DNA of 32,000 nucleotides, taken from NCBI GenBank assembly GCA_031406095.1, contig JANOGR010000137.1, positions 1-32,000 of the forward strand. Direction: 5' to 3'. This document shows, piece after piece, positions 5,998 to 14,960 of this stretch. The DNA comes from Ignavibacteriales bacterium (GTDB taxonomy: Bacteria; Bacteroidota; Ignavibacteria; UBA10030). The notes below the pieces were generated by a model. The model saw only the letters and a program-made list of their open reading frames with translations. It was not told where the DNA came from and searched no databases. The stretch's first letter is position 1; each line of letters opens with the position of its first letter. Position numbers and translations under genes: made by a program.

Positions 5998-8349
5998 CTA
6001 CTCGTTTTCCCCCAGCCAGATGCCGAATTCCTCGTTTTCTTCGGATTCTTTGACCCCTTCGGACTTCTCCCTGGTTACTTTTTTTGTCAAAATCCTGATT
6101 CCCTTGGGTGAGAAACCAAACAAGTCGTCGAGTGAAAAAATGATTTTGAAATCCTCGGGTTCAAAAAACTCCCGGAATTTTTCAGCGCACTCGTTGAGGC
6201 GTCCGAGATAATATGCCGTGTTCTCATCAGGCAGGTTGGAATCCCACTCGTCAGCGATGCGGCAATTGTCGGCGATCTTGACTTCCTGGTGCGTTCCCGT
6301 GACGTAGTAAGAAATCCTCTCGCCTGCTTTGAAATAGAGACCGGCCTTTCGCGCTGCTTCGTATGTAGCAGAAACATTCCGTTGGCCGTGTTCAACGAGT
6401 CTGGTGTATGTCTCGAGATCCTCGCGAACCGTCTCTGTGCGGCAGAAATCTGCTGCTTCCCATTGGTGGTTCCTGACCTGCGTTGTGAAAGAGGCGTATG
6501 TGTGGTGAAGTCGCGGAATCTCACCGGTCAGGAGACATTCAATGCATCGTTGGACAAATAAACGGCTAAATCGCTCCATGGATCGTGAAATAAGTGAACT
6601 GCCCCTGATGATGAGGTTGTCGGAGTCATCAAGCAGGGCATAGTTTTTCATCTTGTAGCTCAGCATTTTCTTGTATCTTCCTTCAAGAATGAGGTTGATT
6701 CCTGCCGGCAGGGTTTTTGAGACCCGCTCCACAAAGGCCTCTGTGTTTTTCTCACCGCGAATGTTATCGGGAGCAATGAAAAAAATACCGTCCGTGTCAA
6801 CCTCGATAGGAAGAGCGTTGAACAGTTCCATTTCTCTCAGAATCGAACGTAAAATGGTTTGACCTGTCGAGGTGACCACATCCGCTTGTTGGTAATCATT
6901 GAACAGTCCTCTGCTGTATCCAAGATACCCGTAGAATGAATTGATAAGAATTTTGAATGCAGACTGCATAGCGTCAAAGTGGGCGCGCGAGCGGGCCGAC
7001 TTCGCCCGCTTCATGTTCGATTTGGCCTTTAACCTCAGGTTTGTAAGCTCCCGGAGAAGGGGGACAAACACATCCAGAGTATCCGTGCGGGGTTTCACGG
7101 GCTTGGAAATCATGATGGAAGGGTAGAGGGATTCCACATCGGCTTGCAGGACGTTCTCCAAAACGCCCGTCGAAAAAATATCGGTGTATCCTCCCACCGT
7201 CTGAGCACCCCTTTGTGGCCTCGGGATTGAATGTTTTTGCCTGAGGTATTCGCGCAAAACCAGTGATTCCAGCCTTGCCGATGAACCCAGCTGAGCAACG
7301 GTTCCGTAGCCAAACGGACACATTTGCGCAAGATAGAAATTACTCGGAGAAAGACGCTCGCTCACCGCCTCGATGACGTGGGTATTGCCGAGAGAGTATT
7401 GAAGAAGGGTTTCAGGACGCTCGTCCCAAACGGACGTTATGCGGTGTTTTGGGATTGCAGCGAACTGTTGTATCTGGAAATGGGCACTGAGGTGGTTGAG
7501 GTCGTAGCCCTCAAGAGAACGTTTGGAGTAGTCATAGGTTCGTACCAGGTGTGATGTGTCGATGAGATGCCTGCCGGGGCAATCGTAAACCGTAAACTCG
7601 TCCTCCGAGTAAAACCGCTTCTGATAGGTCTTCAAGGCATGTTGGCCTCTACCAAGTATGAGGTCGATACCAAGCAACTCGCATCTTTGTGCAATGTAGG
7701 GTAACACAAAACTGAAGAACTCGTGTCCTTCAATGATATCGGGGTCTTTCTCCTGAATCAAAGCGATGAATTGCCCAAGCATCTCTTTTTCGTCCAGCTT
7801 TCGCCCGTCAAGCTGCTGTTTCCACCTGTGATTATCTGACATCGAAATCACAACAATCCGACCCTGCTGTTTCAAGGAATCCGTCAACCTCTGATTCGCG
7901 GAATACACCTGAATATCGATCTGCATTCTGTTGAGGTCCCGAAACGACATGCCCTTGAACGAAGTTTTTCCAGATTGCATGAGGTATTGGTACACAGGGT
8001 CGGGACGAAAAAGCATCGAATCGACCTCTTGATAACTATCGGCGCGGGGCCTGCGGGTTTTGTTATACTGGTTGAGGACGAAGTTGACGGCTTCCCACAT
8101 TTCGTTCCACCGTTTGAACACTAAAAGGTGTTTGTAGTCGTGTTGGCCCGTGAGTTCTTTGATCCAATAAAAGGCGGGAAACCCTGTGATGAGGGAGGCA
8201 TCGGCTAGAAAGAAAAAGGGAAAGAATTCCACGTCTTCATGCGTGACCTTTCCCTCGATTCGTTTGTAGATGCGGACGAGCGAATCGTTCAGCTGGTAGA
8301 CGGCGACAATACACTCATCTGTATGGTGTCCATACAGAAGGGGGCTCAT
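5998..8349 (-). CDS. Family-B DNA polymerase (Pol II-like) with substituted 3'-5' exonuclease motifs
   Basis: The polymerase motifs are intact: motif A DVESLYPS, motif B KILINSFYGYLG, motif C EVDTDG and a KxY-like YKMKNY. In the exonuclease motifs, Exo I reads DIQ where DIE is expected, Exo II reads GHEFFSFVLPY where GWNVVQFDL is expected, and Exo III reads YSLGN where YxxxD is expected. I placed the start at the ATG at 8349. The longer ORF starting at 8469 would overlap the upstream gene. Confidence 0.85.
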   Translation of the reverse strand: MSPLLYGHHTDECIVAVYQLNDSLVRIYKRIEGKVTHEDVEFFPFFFLADASLITGFPAFYWIKELTGQHDYKHLLVFKRWNEMWEAVNFVLNQYNKTRRPRADSYQEVDSMLFRPDPVYQYLMQSGKTSFKGMSFRDLNRMQIDIQVYSANQRLTDSLKQQGRIVVISMSDNHRWKQQLDGRKLDEKEMLGQFIALIQEKDPDIIEGHEFFSFVLPYIAQRCELLGIDLILGRGQHALKTYQKRFYSEDEFTVYDCPGRHLIDTSHLVRTYDYSKRSLEGYDLNHLSAHFQIQQFAAIPKHRITSVWDERPETLLQYSLGNTHVIEAVSERLSPSNFYLAQMCPFGYGTVAQLGSSARLESLVLREYLRQKHSIPRPQRGAQTVGGYTDIFSTGVLENVLQADVESLYPSIMISKPVKPRTDTLDVFVPLLRELTNLRLKAKSNMKRAKSARSRAHFDAMQSAFKILINSFYGYLGYSRGLFNDYQQADVVTSTGQTILRSILREMELFNALPIEVDTDGIFFIAPDNIRGEKNTEAFVERVSKTLPAGINLILEGRYKKMLSYKMKNYALLDDSDNLIIRGSSLISRSMERFSRLFVQRCIECLLTGEIPRLHHTYASFTTQVRNHQWEAADFCRTETVREDLETYTRLVEHGQRNVSATYEAARKAGLYFKAGERISYYVTGTHQEVKIADNCRIADEWDSNLPDENTAYYLGRLNECAEKFREFFEPEDFKIIFSLDDLFGFSPKGIRILTKKVTREKSEGVKESEENEEFGIWLGENE

Positions 8350-8377
8350 CTCCGGAGGAGATGTCGATTGCGTACTG

Positions 8378-9139
8378 TCATTTATTCTTGCCAAGTTCCA
8401 AGAAAGGTCTGAGCAGGTCGATGGGGATGGGAAAGATGGTCGTGGAATTCTTATCCGTAGCAATCTCACGGAGTGTTTGCAGATACCGGAGCGTCAAAGC
8501 GCTCGGTTGTTTTGCGAGAATCTCTGCCGCTTCAGAAAGTTTTTGCGAAGCCTGGAATTCACCCTCAGCTGCGATGACTTTGGCGCGACGTTCACGCTCT
8601 GCCTCGGCTTGCTTTGCCTTGGCTCTCTGCATTTCCTGCGGGAGGTCGATTTGCTTGACTTCCACCGTTGACACCTTGATTCCCCACGGAGCAGTGTGAC
8701 TGTCGATGATCTGCTGAAGCTTCAGGTTGATTTTGTCACGTTGTGACAGCAAATCGTCCAACTCGGACTGTCCCAGCACGCTTCGGAGTGTCGTTTGCGA
8801 GAGTTGGGATGTTGCGAAAAGAAAATTCTCCACGTCAATGATGGCTCTTTGTGGCTCGATCACACGGAAATAGATGACAGCATTCACCTTGATGGAAACG
8901 TTATCCTGAGTAATAACATCTTGCGGAGGGACATCCATGACAACGGTGCGCAGGCTGACCTTTACCATCTTATCGATGAACGGCCATAGCCAGATAATAC
9001 CCGGACCTTTCACGCCAAGCACTCGGCCGAGTCTGAAGATAACTCCGCGTTCATACTCCCGCAGAATTCTGACGGCGTTTGCGGCGAGGATGATAAAAAA
9101 AAAGACGAGAAGATAGAGAGCGGGCGATACCATATTCAT
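8378..9139 (-). CDS. SPFH/band-7 (stomatin-like, slipin) membrane protein
   Basis: An N-terminal TM helix is followed by [14 protein letters not shown]...[13 protein letters not shown] and a C-terminal coiled coil ([24 protein letters not shown]). It sits directly downstream of NfeD, which is the classic pairing. Confidence 0.9.
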   Translation of the reverse strand: MNMVSPALYLLVFFFIILAANAVRILREYERGVIFRLGRVLGVKGPGIIWLWPFIDKMVKVSLRTVVMDVPPQDVITQDNVSIKVNAVIYFRVIEPQRAIIDVENFLFATSQLSQTTLRSVLGQSELDDLLSQRDKINLKLQQIIDSHTAPWGIKVSTVEVKQIDLPQEMQRAKAKQAEAERERRAKVIAAEGEFQASQKLSEAAEILAKQPSALTLRYLQTLREIATDKNSTTIFPIPIDLLRPFLELGKNK

Positions 9140-9169
9140 AGAAGTCTCCTTGAGTGGACGTGAGATTCC

Positions 9170-10444
9170 TTACGTGAGTTTTTCAACGATGACCATAAGT
9201 TCATGTAATTCGACGACGCGGACGCGGTCTCCCTTGGAAATTTCGCCCTTTTTTGTCTGGGCACTCCAGATTTCTCCATGAACTCGCACGTGCCCCGTGG
9301 GGTTCAGGGTTGATATTGCCTCACCCGTTTCCCCGATGAGGCCCTCCGAGCCGGTTGTAGCCTTCCTGGTTTGGGCTTTAAGCCCCAATCCGATGACCAC
9401 CAAGAAAAAGAGAGACGTAATGGCAACAGACGTAATAATGACGGACCAGGAGATCTCGATGAATTCCAGGGCAGAATCAGACCGTATGAGCATCATCGAG
9501 CCAAGCAAGAGTGAAATGACTCCTCCCACACTCAGCAAGCCGTGGCTCACCACCTTGATTTCAAGGACGAATAGTATGACAGAGAAAATGATGAGAGCCA
9601 AACCCGCATAGTTGATAGGGAGAGTATGGAAAGAATAGAATGCGATGATCAAGCTTATAACACCCACAATTCCCGGAAGAATCGAGCCGGGGTTATAGAG
9701 TTCGAACAGGAGTCCATAGACGCCCATCATGAACAGAATGTAGGCGATGTTGGGATCGCTGAGGATATCCAACACTTTTTCAGACCAGCCCATTTCATAT
9801 GTCTCGATCGAGGCACCTTTCGTTTGGAGCGTGACGGTACCACTGGTTGTTTCCACTCTCTTCCCATGAACTTTTTCGAGGAGCTCCTCAAGGTTTTGCG
9901 CCACAAAGTCAATCACGTGCTTTTCGAGCGCCTCTTGTTCTGTGATGGAAAGGCTTTTGCGGACGGCTTCCTCCGCCCACGCGACGTTTCTCTGCCGCTT
10001 TTCGGCAATCGAACGGATAAAGGCAGCGGCATCGTTCGTGGCTTTTTCCGTCATGATGGAATCTTGCTGGCCTTGCAGCGACACCGGGTGTGCGGCGCCA
10101 ATGTTTGTTCCAGGCGCCATCGCAGCGATGTGGCTCGCAAGCGTCACAAATACTCCAGCGGACCCGGCGTGAGCCCCGCTTGGTGCAACATAGACGATGA
10201 CAGGAATACTCGATTCGAGAATGTCGCTGACAATGACTCTTGTGGATTTAAGAAGGCCGCCGGGAGTGTTCAGACGAATGATGATACAGGTGGCACCGGC
10301 TTCCTTTGCGCGCTCGATGCTGCTGTGAATGAACTCGGCAGCGGCTGGATTGATTGCGCCGTCAATTCTTATGGACGCAACTTTCTGGGCGTGGAGGGTG
10401 GTGCTGAGAAGAGTGCACAGAATGAGAGAAGATAAACACTTCAT
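9170..10444 (-). CDS. NfeD-family membrane-bound serine protease (ClpP-fold, stomatin-operon partner protease)
   Basis: It has a signal peptide and a ClpP-like domain (IIRLNTPGGLL...APSGAHAGSAGVF...GAAHP). Several TM helices follow, and the C-terminus has an OB-fold NfeD domain (GHVRVHGEIWSAQ...GDRVRVVE). An AGGAG RBS lies 8 nt upstream. Confidence 0.9.
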   Translation of the reverse strand: MKCLSSLILCTLLSTTLHAQKVASIRIDGAINPAAAEFIHSSIERAKEAGATCIIIRLNTPGGLLKSTRVIVSDILESSIPVIVYVAPSGAHAGSAGVFVTLASHIAAMAPGTNIGAAHPVSLQGQQDSIMTEKATNDAAAFIRSIAEKRQRNVAWAEEAVRKSLSITEQEALEKHVIDFVAQNLEELLEKVHGKRVETTSGTVTLQTKGASIETYEMGWSEKVLDILSDPNIAYILFMMGVYGLLFELYNPGSILPGIVGVISLIIAFYSFHTLPINYAGLALIIFSVILFVLEIKVVSHGLLSVGGVISLLLGSMMLIRSDSALEFIEISWSVIITSVAITSLFFLVVIGLGLKAQTRKATTGSEGLIGETGEAISTLNPTGHVRVHGEIWSAQTKKGEISKGDRVRVVELHELMVIVEKLT

Positions 10445-10497
10445 GCGATTACTCCTGACGATAGAAGAAACGAAAACTCGGCTGCAAAATCAACTCA

Positions 10498-10526
10498 TTG
10501 CATTTCGGCCATTCTTTTTCTATTAT
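10498..10526 (+). promoter_or_regulatory. Sigma70-type promoter for tRNA-Ser(GGA), and possibly for the downstream operon
   Basis: The sequence reads TTGCAT, then 17 nt, then TATTAT. The -10 box ends 12 nt before tRNA position 1. Confidence 0.55.
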
Positions 10527-10538
10527 GGGTTTAACCAT

Positions 10539-10625
10539 GGAGAGGTGCAGGAGTGGTTGAACTGGCCACCCTGGAAAGGTGGTTTACCCGCAAGGGTAAC
10601 GTGGGTTCGAATCCCACTCTCTCCG
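10539..10625 (+). tRNA. tRNA-Ser (anticodon GGA), 87 nt, no encoded CCA
   Basis: The manual fold gives acceptor stem GGAGAGG/TCTCTCC and D-arm CAG-GAGTGGTTGAA-CTG. The anticodon arm is CCACC-CTGGAAA-GGTGG, followed by an 18-nt variable arm and the T-arm GTGGG-TTCGAAT-CCCAC. Confidence 0.9.
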
Positions 10626-10660
10626 CACTCACGTTCTCCGAGCGACTGTCCACACAATCC

Positions 10661-11038
10661 ATGAACGAAACGATCCTTGTCGCTGAAGACCAACAACACA
10701 TTCGGGCTCTCATCGAGTATAAACTCAAGAACAGCGGGTTTATTGTTGTGGCAGTGGAGGACGGTGTTGCGGCGTTGTCAAAAGCCAGGGAGATCAAACC
10801 AAGAATGATTCTCCTTGATGTGATGATGCCATTGATGACCGGGTTTGAGGTGCTCTCTGCCCTCAAACAGGATCCGACGACCAAGCACATCCCTGTTCTT
10901 CTTGTGACAGCGCAAAGCAAGGAGGAAGAAGTTCTTAAGGGACTTGAGCTGGGTGCGGAAGACTACATAACAAAGCCCTTCAGTCCAAACGAGTTAGCGG
11001 CTCGCGTAAAGAAGGTCCTTCTTCGCCACGCCAAATGA
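10661..11038 (+). CDS. Single-domain CheY-like response regulator (125 aa)
   Basis: ILVAEDQQHIR...ILLDVMMPLMTGFEV...PVLLVTAQ...ITKPF matches the receiver domain pattern. I placed the start at the ATG at 10661. The longer ORF from 10553 reads through the tRNA. Confidence 0.9.
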   Translation: MNETILVAEDQQHIRALIEYKLKNSGFIVVAVEDGVAALSKAREIKPRMILLDVMMPLMTGFEVLSALKQDPTTKHIPVLLVTAQSKEEEVLKGLELGAEDYITKPFSPNELAARVKKVLLRHAK

Positions 11039-11041
11039 CGG

Positions 11042-12388
11042 ATGAAGCTCCCTCGCCCACTTGCTTTTCGAGCGATCCTTCTTGAGTTTTTTCTTCTTTT
11101 TTTCTCTTTCCAAGCATCCGTTTCGATAACAACGCCTGAAGACCCGGATAAGCTGCTCCGGACAGCTTATGAACATCAGCGTGCGGGGAATTTTGCACTC
11201 GCCAAGGGTTTATGCAGGCGCATTCTGACCGAATTTCCGCATTACGTCGATGCCCGGAATCTCTACGCTCGAATGCTCGCATTCGAAACAAACTACGTTG
11301 ACGCCTTGTCCCAATACGATTCAGCCCTCGTGTTTTCCGAAAGAAACGAAGACGCTCGGTTTGGCAAAGCCCAGGTGTTCGGATGGATGGGCAGATTCAA
11401 GAATGCGACGGAAATTCTACAGCCTCTCACGGAAGAACAAGCTGGGAATGCGCTCTACGCGACGGAACTCGCCAAAGTTCTGTCCTGGTCAGGAGAACAT
11501 CTTCGCGCTTACAGGGAATACGAAAGAGCGTTTATTTTCGATTCGAAATCCGAGGAAGTTCTGAGGGGGGCAGCCCGCTCGGCGAAATCTCTCCACAGGA
11601 AAGAGGAAGCGCTCGATTGGTACCAAAGAGTTCTGGCTGTAGTTCCTTTTGACCGCGAAGCCCAATCCGAAATCAACAGGCTCTCATTCAGCGCTGCCAA
11701 CGAATTGCAACTTCAAACCTCGTATGAGGCATTTGAATCATCCAGTCAAAGCCATCAGCTTTTTGCAGCAGACTACTACCGTGAGCTTTCTGACCGATGG
11801 AAGTCCTATGTGCATTTTTCCAGCATCAGCAAATTTGGCATCACGGAATCGAACTTCGGGGCAGGGTGTTACGGCGTGCTGTCGTACGGAGCAAGCATTT
11901 TCGCACAGTTGTTTGTCTCTCCCGGAGCAAACGTCATACCCCGATTTGACGCAACCAGCGAGCTGTCGGTTGTACTGTTCAAGCAGGTGGAAGGGATCAT
12001 GGGATATCGTTTTTTTTCGTTCGCAAACACACAGGTGCTGCTCTTCACTCCCGGAACAACCGTCTATGTGAACGAAAGCCTTTGGATAACGCCCCGACTC
12101 TATCTCAGCCAGGCTTCGGATGGCTCGAGCTCTACGACATATCATACGACGCTGTTTTTCCGATTGGTTCCGTCAACGCTTATTCGTTTGGCGTTTTTCA
12201 GCGGGAATGAATCTTTCAGGGCCACCTCCATCGACCAGGTCATTTCAGTTCGCTCAGACGGAGTCGTGGCGGGGGTGAGAATGCGTGTGATGGAGAACCT
12301 GGGCCTGGAACTCTTGTATCAATTTACTTCCCGTGCTGCATCTGCCGGCTCACATTTCGGCGCTGGAACGCTCTCCCTCTATTTCTGA
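11042..12388 (+). CDS. Outer-membrane protein with N-terminal TPR repeats and a C-terminal beta-barrel (YaiO/PgaA-like candidate polysaccharide export porin)
   Basis: It has a signal peptide and TPR-like helical repeats over residues ~35-215. The C-terminal half has an alternating beta pattern and ends in the aromatic beta-signal GTLSLYF-stop. The start lies 3 nt after the response regulator stop codon. Confidence 0.65.
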   Translation: MKLPRPLAFRAILLEFFLLFFSFQASVSITTPEDPDKLLRTAYEHQRAGNFALAKGLCRRILTEFPHYVDARNLYARMLAFETNYVDALSQYDSALVFSERNEDARFGKAQVFGWMGRFKNATEILQPLTEEQAGNALYATELAKVLSWSGEHLRAYREYERAFIFDSKSEEVLRGAARSAKSLHRKEEALDWYQRVLAVVPFDREAQSEINRLSFSAANELQLQTSYEAFESSSQSHQLFAADYYRELSDRWKSYVHFSSISKFGITESNFGAGCYGVLSYGASIFAQLFVSPGANVIPRFDATSELSVVLFKQVEGIMGYRFFSFANTQVLLFTPGTTVYVNESLWITPRLYLSQASDGSSSTTYHTTLFFRLVPSTLIRLAFFSGNESFRATSIDQVISVRSDGVVAGVRMRVMENLGLELLYQFTSRAASAGSHFGAGTLSLYF

Positions 12389-12394
12389 GCAGAC

Positions 12395-13531
12395 ATGAGA
12401 TTTGAACTTCTTCTGGTCCTCGCCCTTGCCGCTTCGGCAACGTTCCTTATCATCGTAATCTCCATAGGGTTGATCGTCCACAAGTCCATTCACGGAAAAC
12501 GAACTCAACGAAGGCAGCTCCTGTATTCCAAGTATTCTCAGGTGATTACAGACCTCATCCTGCGAGAGCTGCCCTCTACTGAAGAAGGCCGGGAAGGCGC
12601 AATGTTTGGACAATATGATGAACTCATGGGTCCGCTCAAGGAAAAACTCGAAGCGATGACTACAAGGAAGCGGAGTCTTCATCGAGAAGCGCTCAAACTT
12701 GCGATCATCGACTTTGCCAAGGATGTATCGGGAGAAACCTCGGACCGTCTCGTGTATTTCTCGTATGCCCTGGCTTTCGTCGACGAGGAAATCAAATCTC
12801 TCCAAAGTCGGCATTGGTGGGTACGGGCTCAGGCAGTGCATGACCTTGGGTTGTTGCGTGCCCGTCGGGCCATCACGCCCATCACCGAAGCGCTCGAAGA
12901 CGTCCACCTGGACGTCCGTATTCAGGCCATGCAATCGCTCGTCATTCTCGGTGGAGTGCAATCGTTGCGCTCCATCTTGGGTCGGAGCAAGAACATTTCG
13001 CAGTGGGCGGCCATCGAGCTCTCGATCATTGTCATGACATACAAAGAGGATGCGATTTTATATCTGGTCGAGGGTCTGGGTTCGAGCGATCAGTCGGTGG
13101 TCTTGTTTTGCATTGAAATGCTGGCGGAGATTGGGTTTGTAACAGCCGTTGAACCGTTGAGAAAAATGGCAAGTGATTATCCGAACACTGTCATCCGGGC
13201 AAAAGCCGTTGAAGCACTGGGCCGGTTGGGCGACGAGCGAGCCGAGGAGATGCTGATTGGCCTGCTGAAAAACCCGATGCCGAATCTTCGCCTCAAAGCC
13301 ATTGAGGCCATCGGCAAAATCGGAATTCCGTCAGCGGTGCCTGTTCTTGCGGAGAGGTTGCGGGAGGGCAGCTTGGATGAAAAAATACTCGCAGCACGGT
13401 CGATCGCCTCTACGGGACCGGAAGGGATTACATTCCTGCATTCGCTTGCAGATGTTGAAAACAGTCTTGTCCGGGACGTGGCCTACCAGGTTCTCGAAGA
13501 GTTTGGCAGCAACGCTGCTACGGCATCATGA
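12395..13531 (+). CDS. Membrane-anchored HEAT-repeat protein
   Basis: A single N-terminal TM helix is followed by repeated HEAT/PBS-lyase-type units. These include WWVRAQAVHDLGLL, DVRIQAMQSLVILG, VIRAKAVEALGRLGD, LRLKAIEAIGKIG and ILAARSIASTG. Confidence 0.75.
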   Translation: MRFELLLVLALAASATFLIIVISIGLIVHKSIHGKRTQRRQLLYSKYSQVITDLILRELPSTEEGREGAMFGQYDELMGPLKEKLEAMTTRKRSLHREALKLAIIDFAKDVSGETSDRLVYFSYALAFVDEEIKSLQSRHWWVRAQAVHDLGLLRARRAITPITEALEDVHLDVRIQAMQSLVILGGVQSLRSILGRSKNISQWAAIELSIIVMTYKEDAILYLVEGLGSSDQSVVLFCIEMLAEIGFVTAVEPLRKMASDYPNTVIRAKAVEALGRLGDERAEEMLIGLLKNPMPNLRLKAIEAIGKIGIPSAVPVLAERLREGSLDEKILAARSIASTGPEGITFLHSLADVENSLVRDVAYQVLEEFGSNAATAS

Positions 13532-14958
13532 TGATTACTATCCTCGAAATCCTCCTCCAGACCTACTTCTATTTTGTCATGGGTTATTTCATACTCGTGA
13601 ACTTCTGTTATGCGGTGTTCCTTGTCCTTTCCTACAGGGAGATTCTGTACTACATGCGCCATAATTCCTTCAGCAATTATCGCAGTACCGTTCAGTCGGA
13701 AATAACACCGCCGATTTCGATACTCGCCCCGGCTTTCAATGAAGAAGCGACGGCGGTGGAAAGCGTCCGAAGTCTGCTGAAACTCAATTACGGCAAGTAT
13801 GAAGTCATTGTCGTGAACGACGGGTCCAAGGACAATACGATGGACAGGCTGATCCGTGAATTTCAACTTCTGCCTTCGAGACAGATTTATCAGCCGACCC
13901 TTCGAGCTGAGCGCGTGAGGGATATCTACAAGTCTCCAATGCCGGAATATCGCAATCTCGTCGTCGTGGACAAGGAAAACGGCGGCAAGGCAGACGCACT
14001 CAACGTGGGTATCAACGTTGCCCAATACCAGTATGTGTGCGCGATCGACGCGGATTCACTTCTGGAGGATGATGCCCTGCAAAAGGTGATGAAGCCGTTC
14101 CTGGAAGATGAGCATGTCGTGGCCTCGGGCGGGATTGTGCGTATTGCCAATGGTTGTGAAGTTGTGAATGGGCGTGTGGTGAAGGTAGCCCTGTCGTCAA
14201 AACTGCTGCCGATTTTCCAGGTCGTGGAGTATTTCCGCGCCTTTCTTTCGGGAAGAATGGCGTGGCAGGCCGTCAACGGCTTGCTCATTATTTCCGGAGC
14301 ATTTGGGATGTTCAAGAAGTCTGCAGTTATCGAGGCGGGTGGGTATAATCGCGATACGGTGGGTGAGGATATGGAGCTCGTTGCCCGTATTCATCGAACA
14401 AAGTTGGAGAAGAAGGAGCCCTATCGGGTCGTCTTCGTGCCGGATCCCGTGTGCTGGACGGAAGCGCCCGAATCGATGAGTATCCTGTCGCGTCAGCGAA
14501 ACAGGTGGCATCGGGGCCTGCTCGACACGATGATTTTGCACAAGAAAATGTTGTTCAACGCAAACTATGGAGTGGTGGGCCTGGCGGCGGTTCCGTACTT
14601 CTTCTTCATCGAATTGCTAGGACCCATCTTTGAGTTTCTTGGGTATGTATCACTCTTCGGATTGCTAGCTCTCGGAATTCTCAACCTGAACATGTGGATT
14701 CTGTTCTTCATTGTGGCGTTGTTCTATGGAGTCATGTTCTCGGTGGGTGCGGTTCTCCTGGAAGAAGTATCGTTTCGCCGTTATCCCAAACCGCGGGACC
14801 TCGCGCTCCTCCTTTCATGCGGAGTGCTCGAGAATTTCGGATACAGGCAAATCACGCTCTGGTGGAGGATCCAGGCGTTTTACGACTATTTTGTGAAAGG
14901 TGTGAAATCCTGGGGAGTGATGCAGAGGAAGGGTTTTTCCACTGGAATAATAAGCTGA
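13528..14958 (+). CDS. Processive family-2 glycosyltransferase (PgaC/IcaA/cellulose-synthase-like polysaccharide synthase)
   Basis: An N-terminal TM region is followed by ISILAPAFNEE...VIVVNDGSKD, a DAD motif (CAIDADS), GEDMEL, and QRNRWHRG (the QxxRW motif). C-terminal TM helices complete the protein. The ATG overlaps the upstream stop codon (ATGATGA). Confidence 0.9.
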   Translation: MMITILEILLQTYFYFVMGYFILVNFCYAVFLVLSYREILYYMRHNSFSNYRSTVQSEITPPISILAPAFNEEATAVESVRSLLKLNYGKYEVIVVNDGSKDNTMDRLIREFQLLPSRQIYQPTLRAERVRDIYKSPMPEYRNLVVVDKENGGKADALNVGINVAQYQYVCAIDADSLLEDDALQKVMKPFLEDEHVVASGGIVRIANGCEVVNGRVVKVALSSKLLPIFQVVEYFRAFLSGRMAWQAVNGLLIISGAFGMFKKSAVIEAGGYNRDTVGEDMELVARIHRTKLEKKEPYRVVFVPDPVCWTEAPESMSILSRQRNRWHRGLLDTMILHKKMLFNANYGVVGLAAVPYFFFIELLGPIFEFLGYVSLFGLLALGILNLNMWILFFIVALFYGVMFSVGAVLLEEVSFRRYPKPRDLALLLSCGVLENFGYRQITLWWRIQAFYDYFVKGVKSWGVMQRKGFSTGIIS

Positions 14959-14960
14959 GA

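Noticed and set aside
8350-8469. Forty-codon N-terminal extension of the PolB ORF.
   Set aside because: It would overlap the 3' end of the SPFH gene by 92 nt, and its composition is low-complexity and Pro/Ser/Arg-rich. The ATG at 8349 is preceded by GGAG and lies after the SPFH stop codon.
10553-10660. N-terminal extension of the response-regulator ORF (start at 10553).
   Set aside because: It overlaps tRNA-Ser(GGA). The receiver domain starts at the ATG at 10661.
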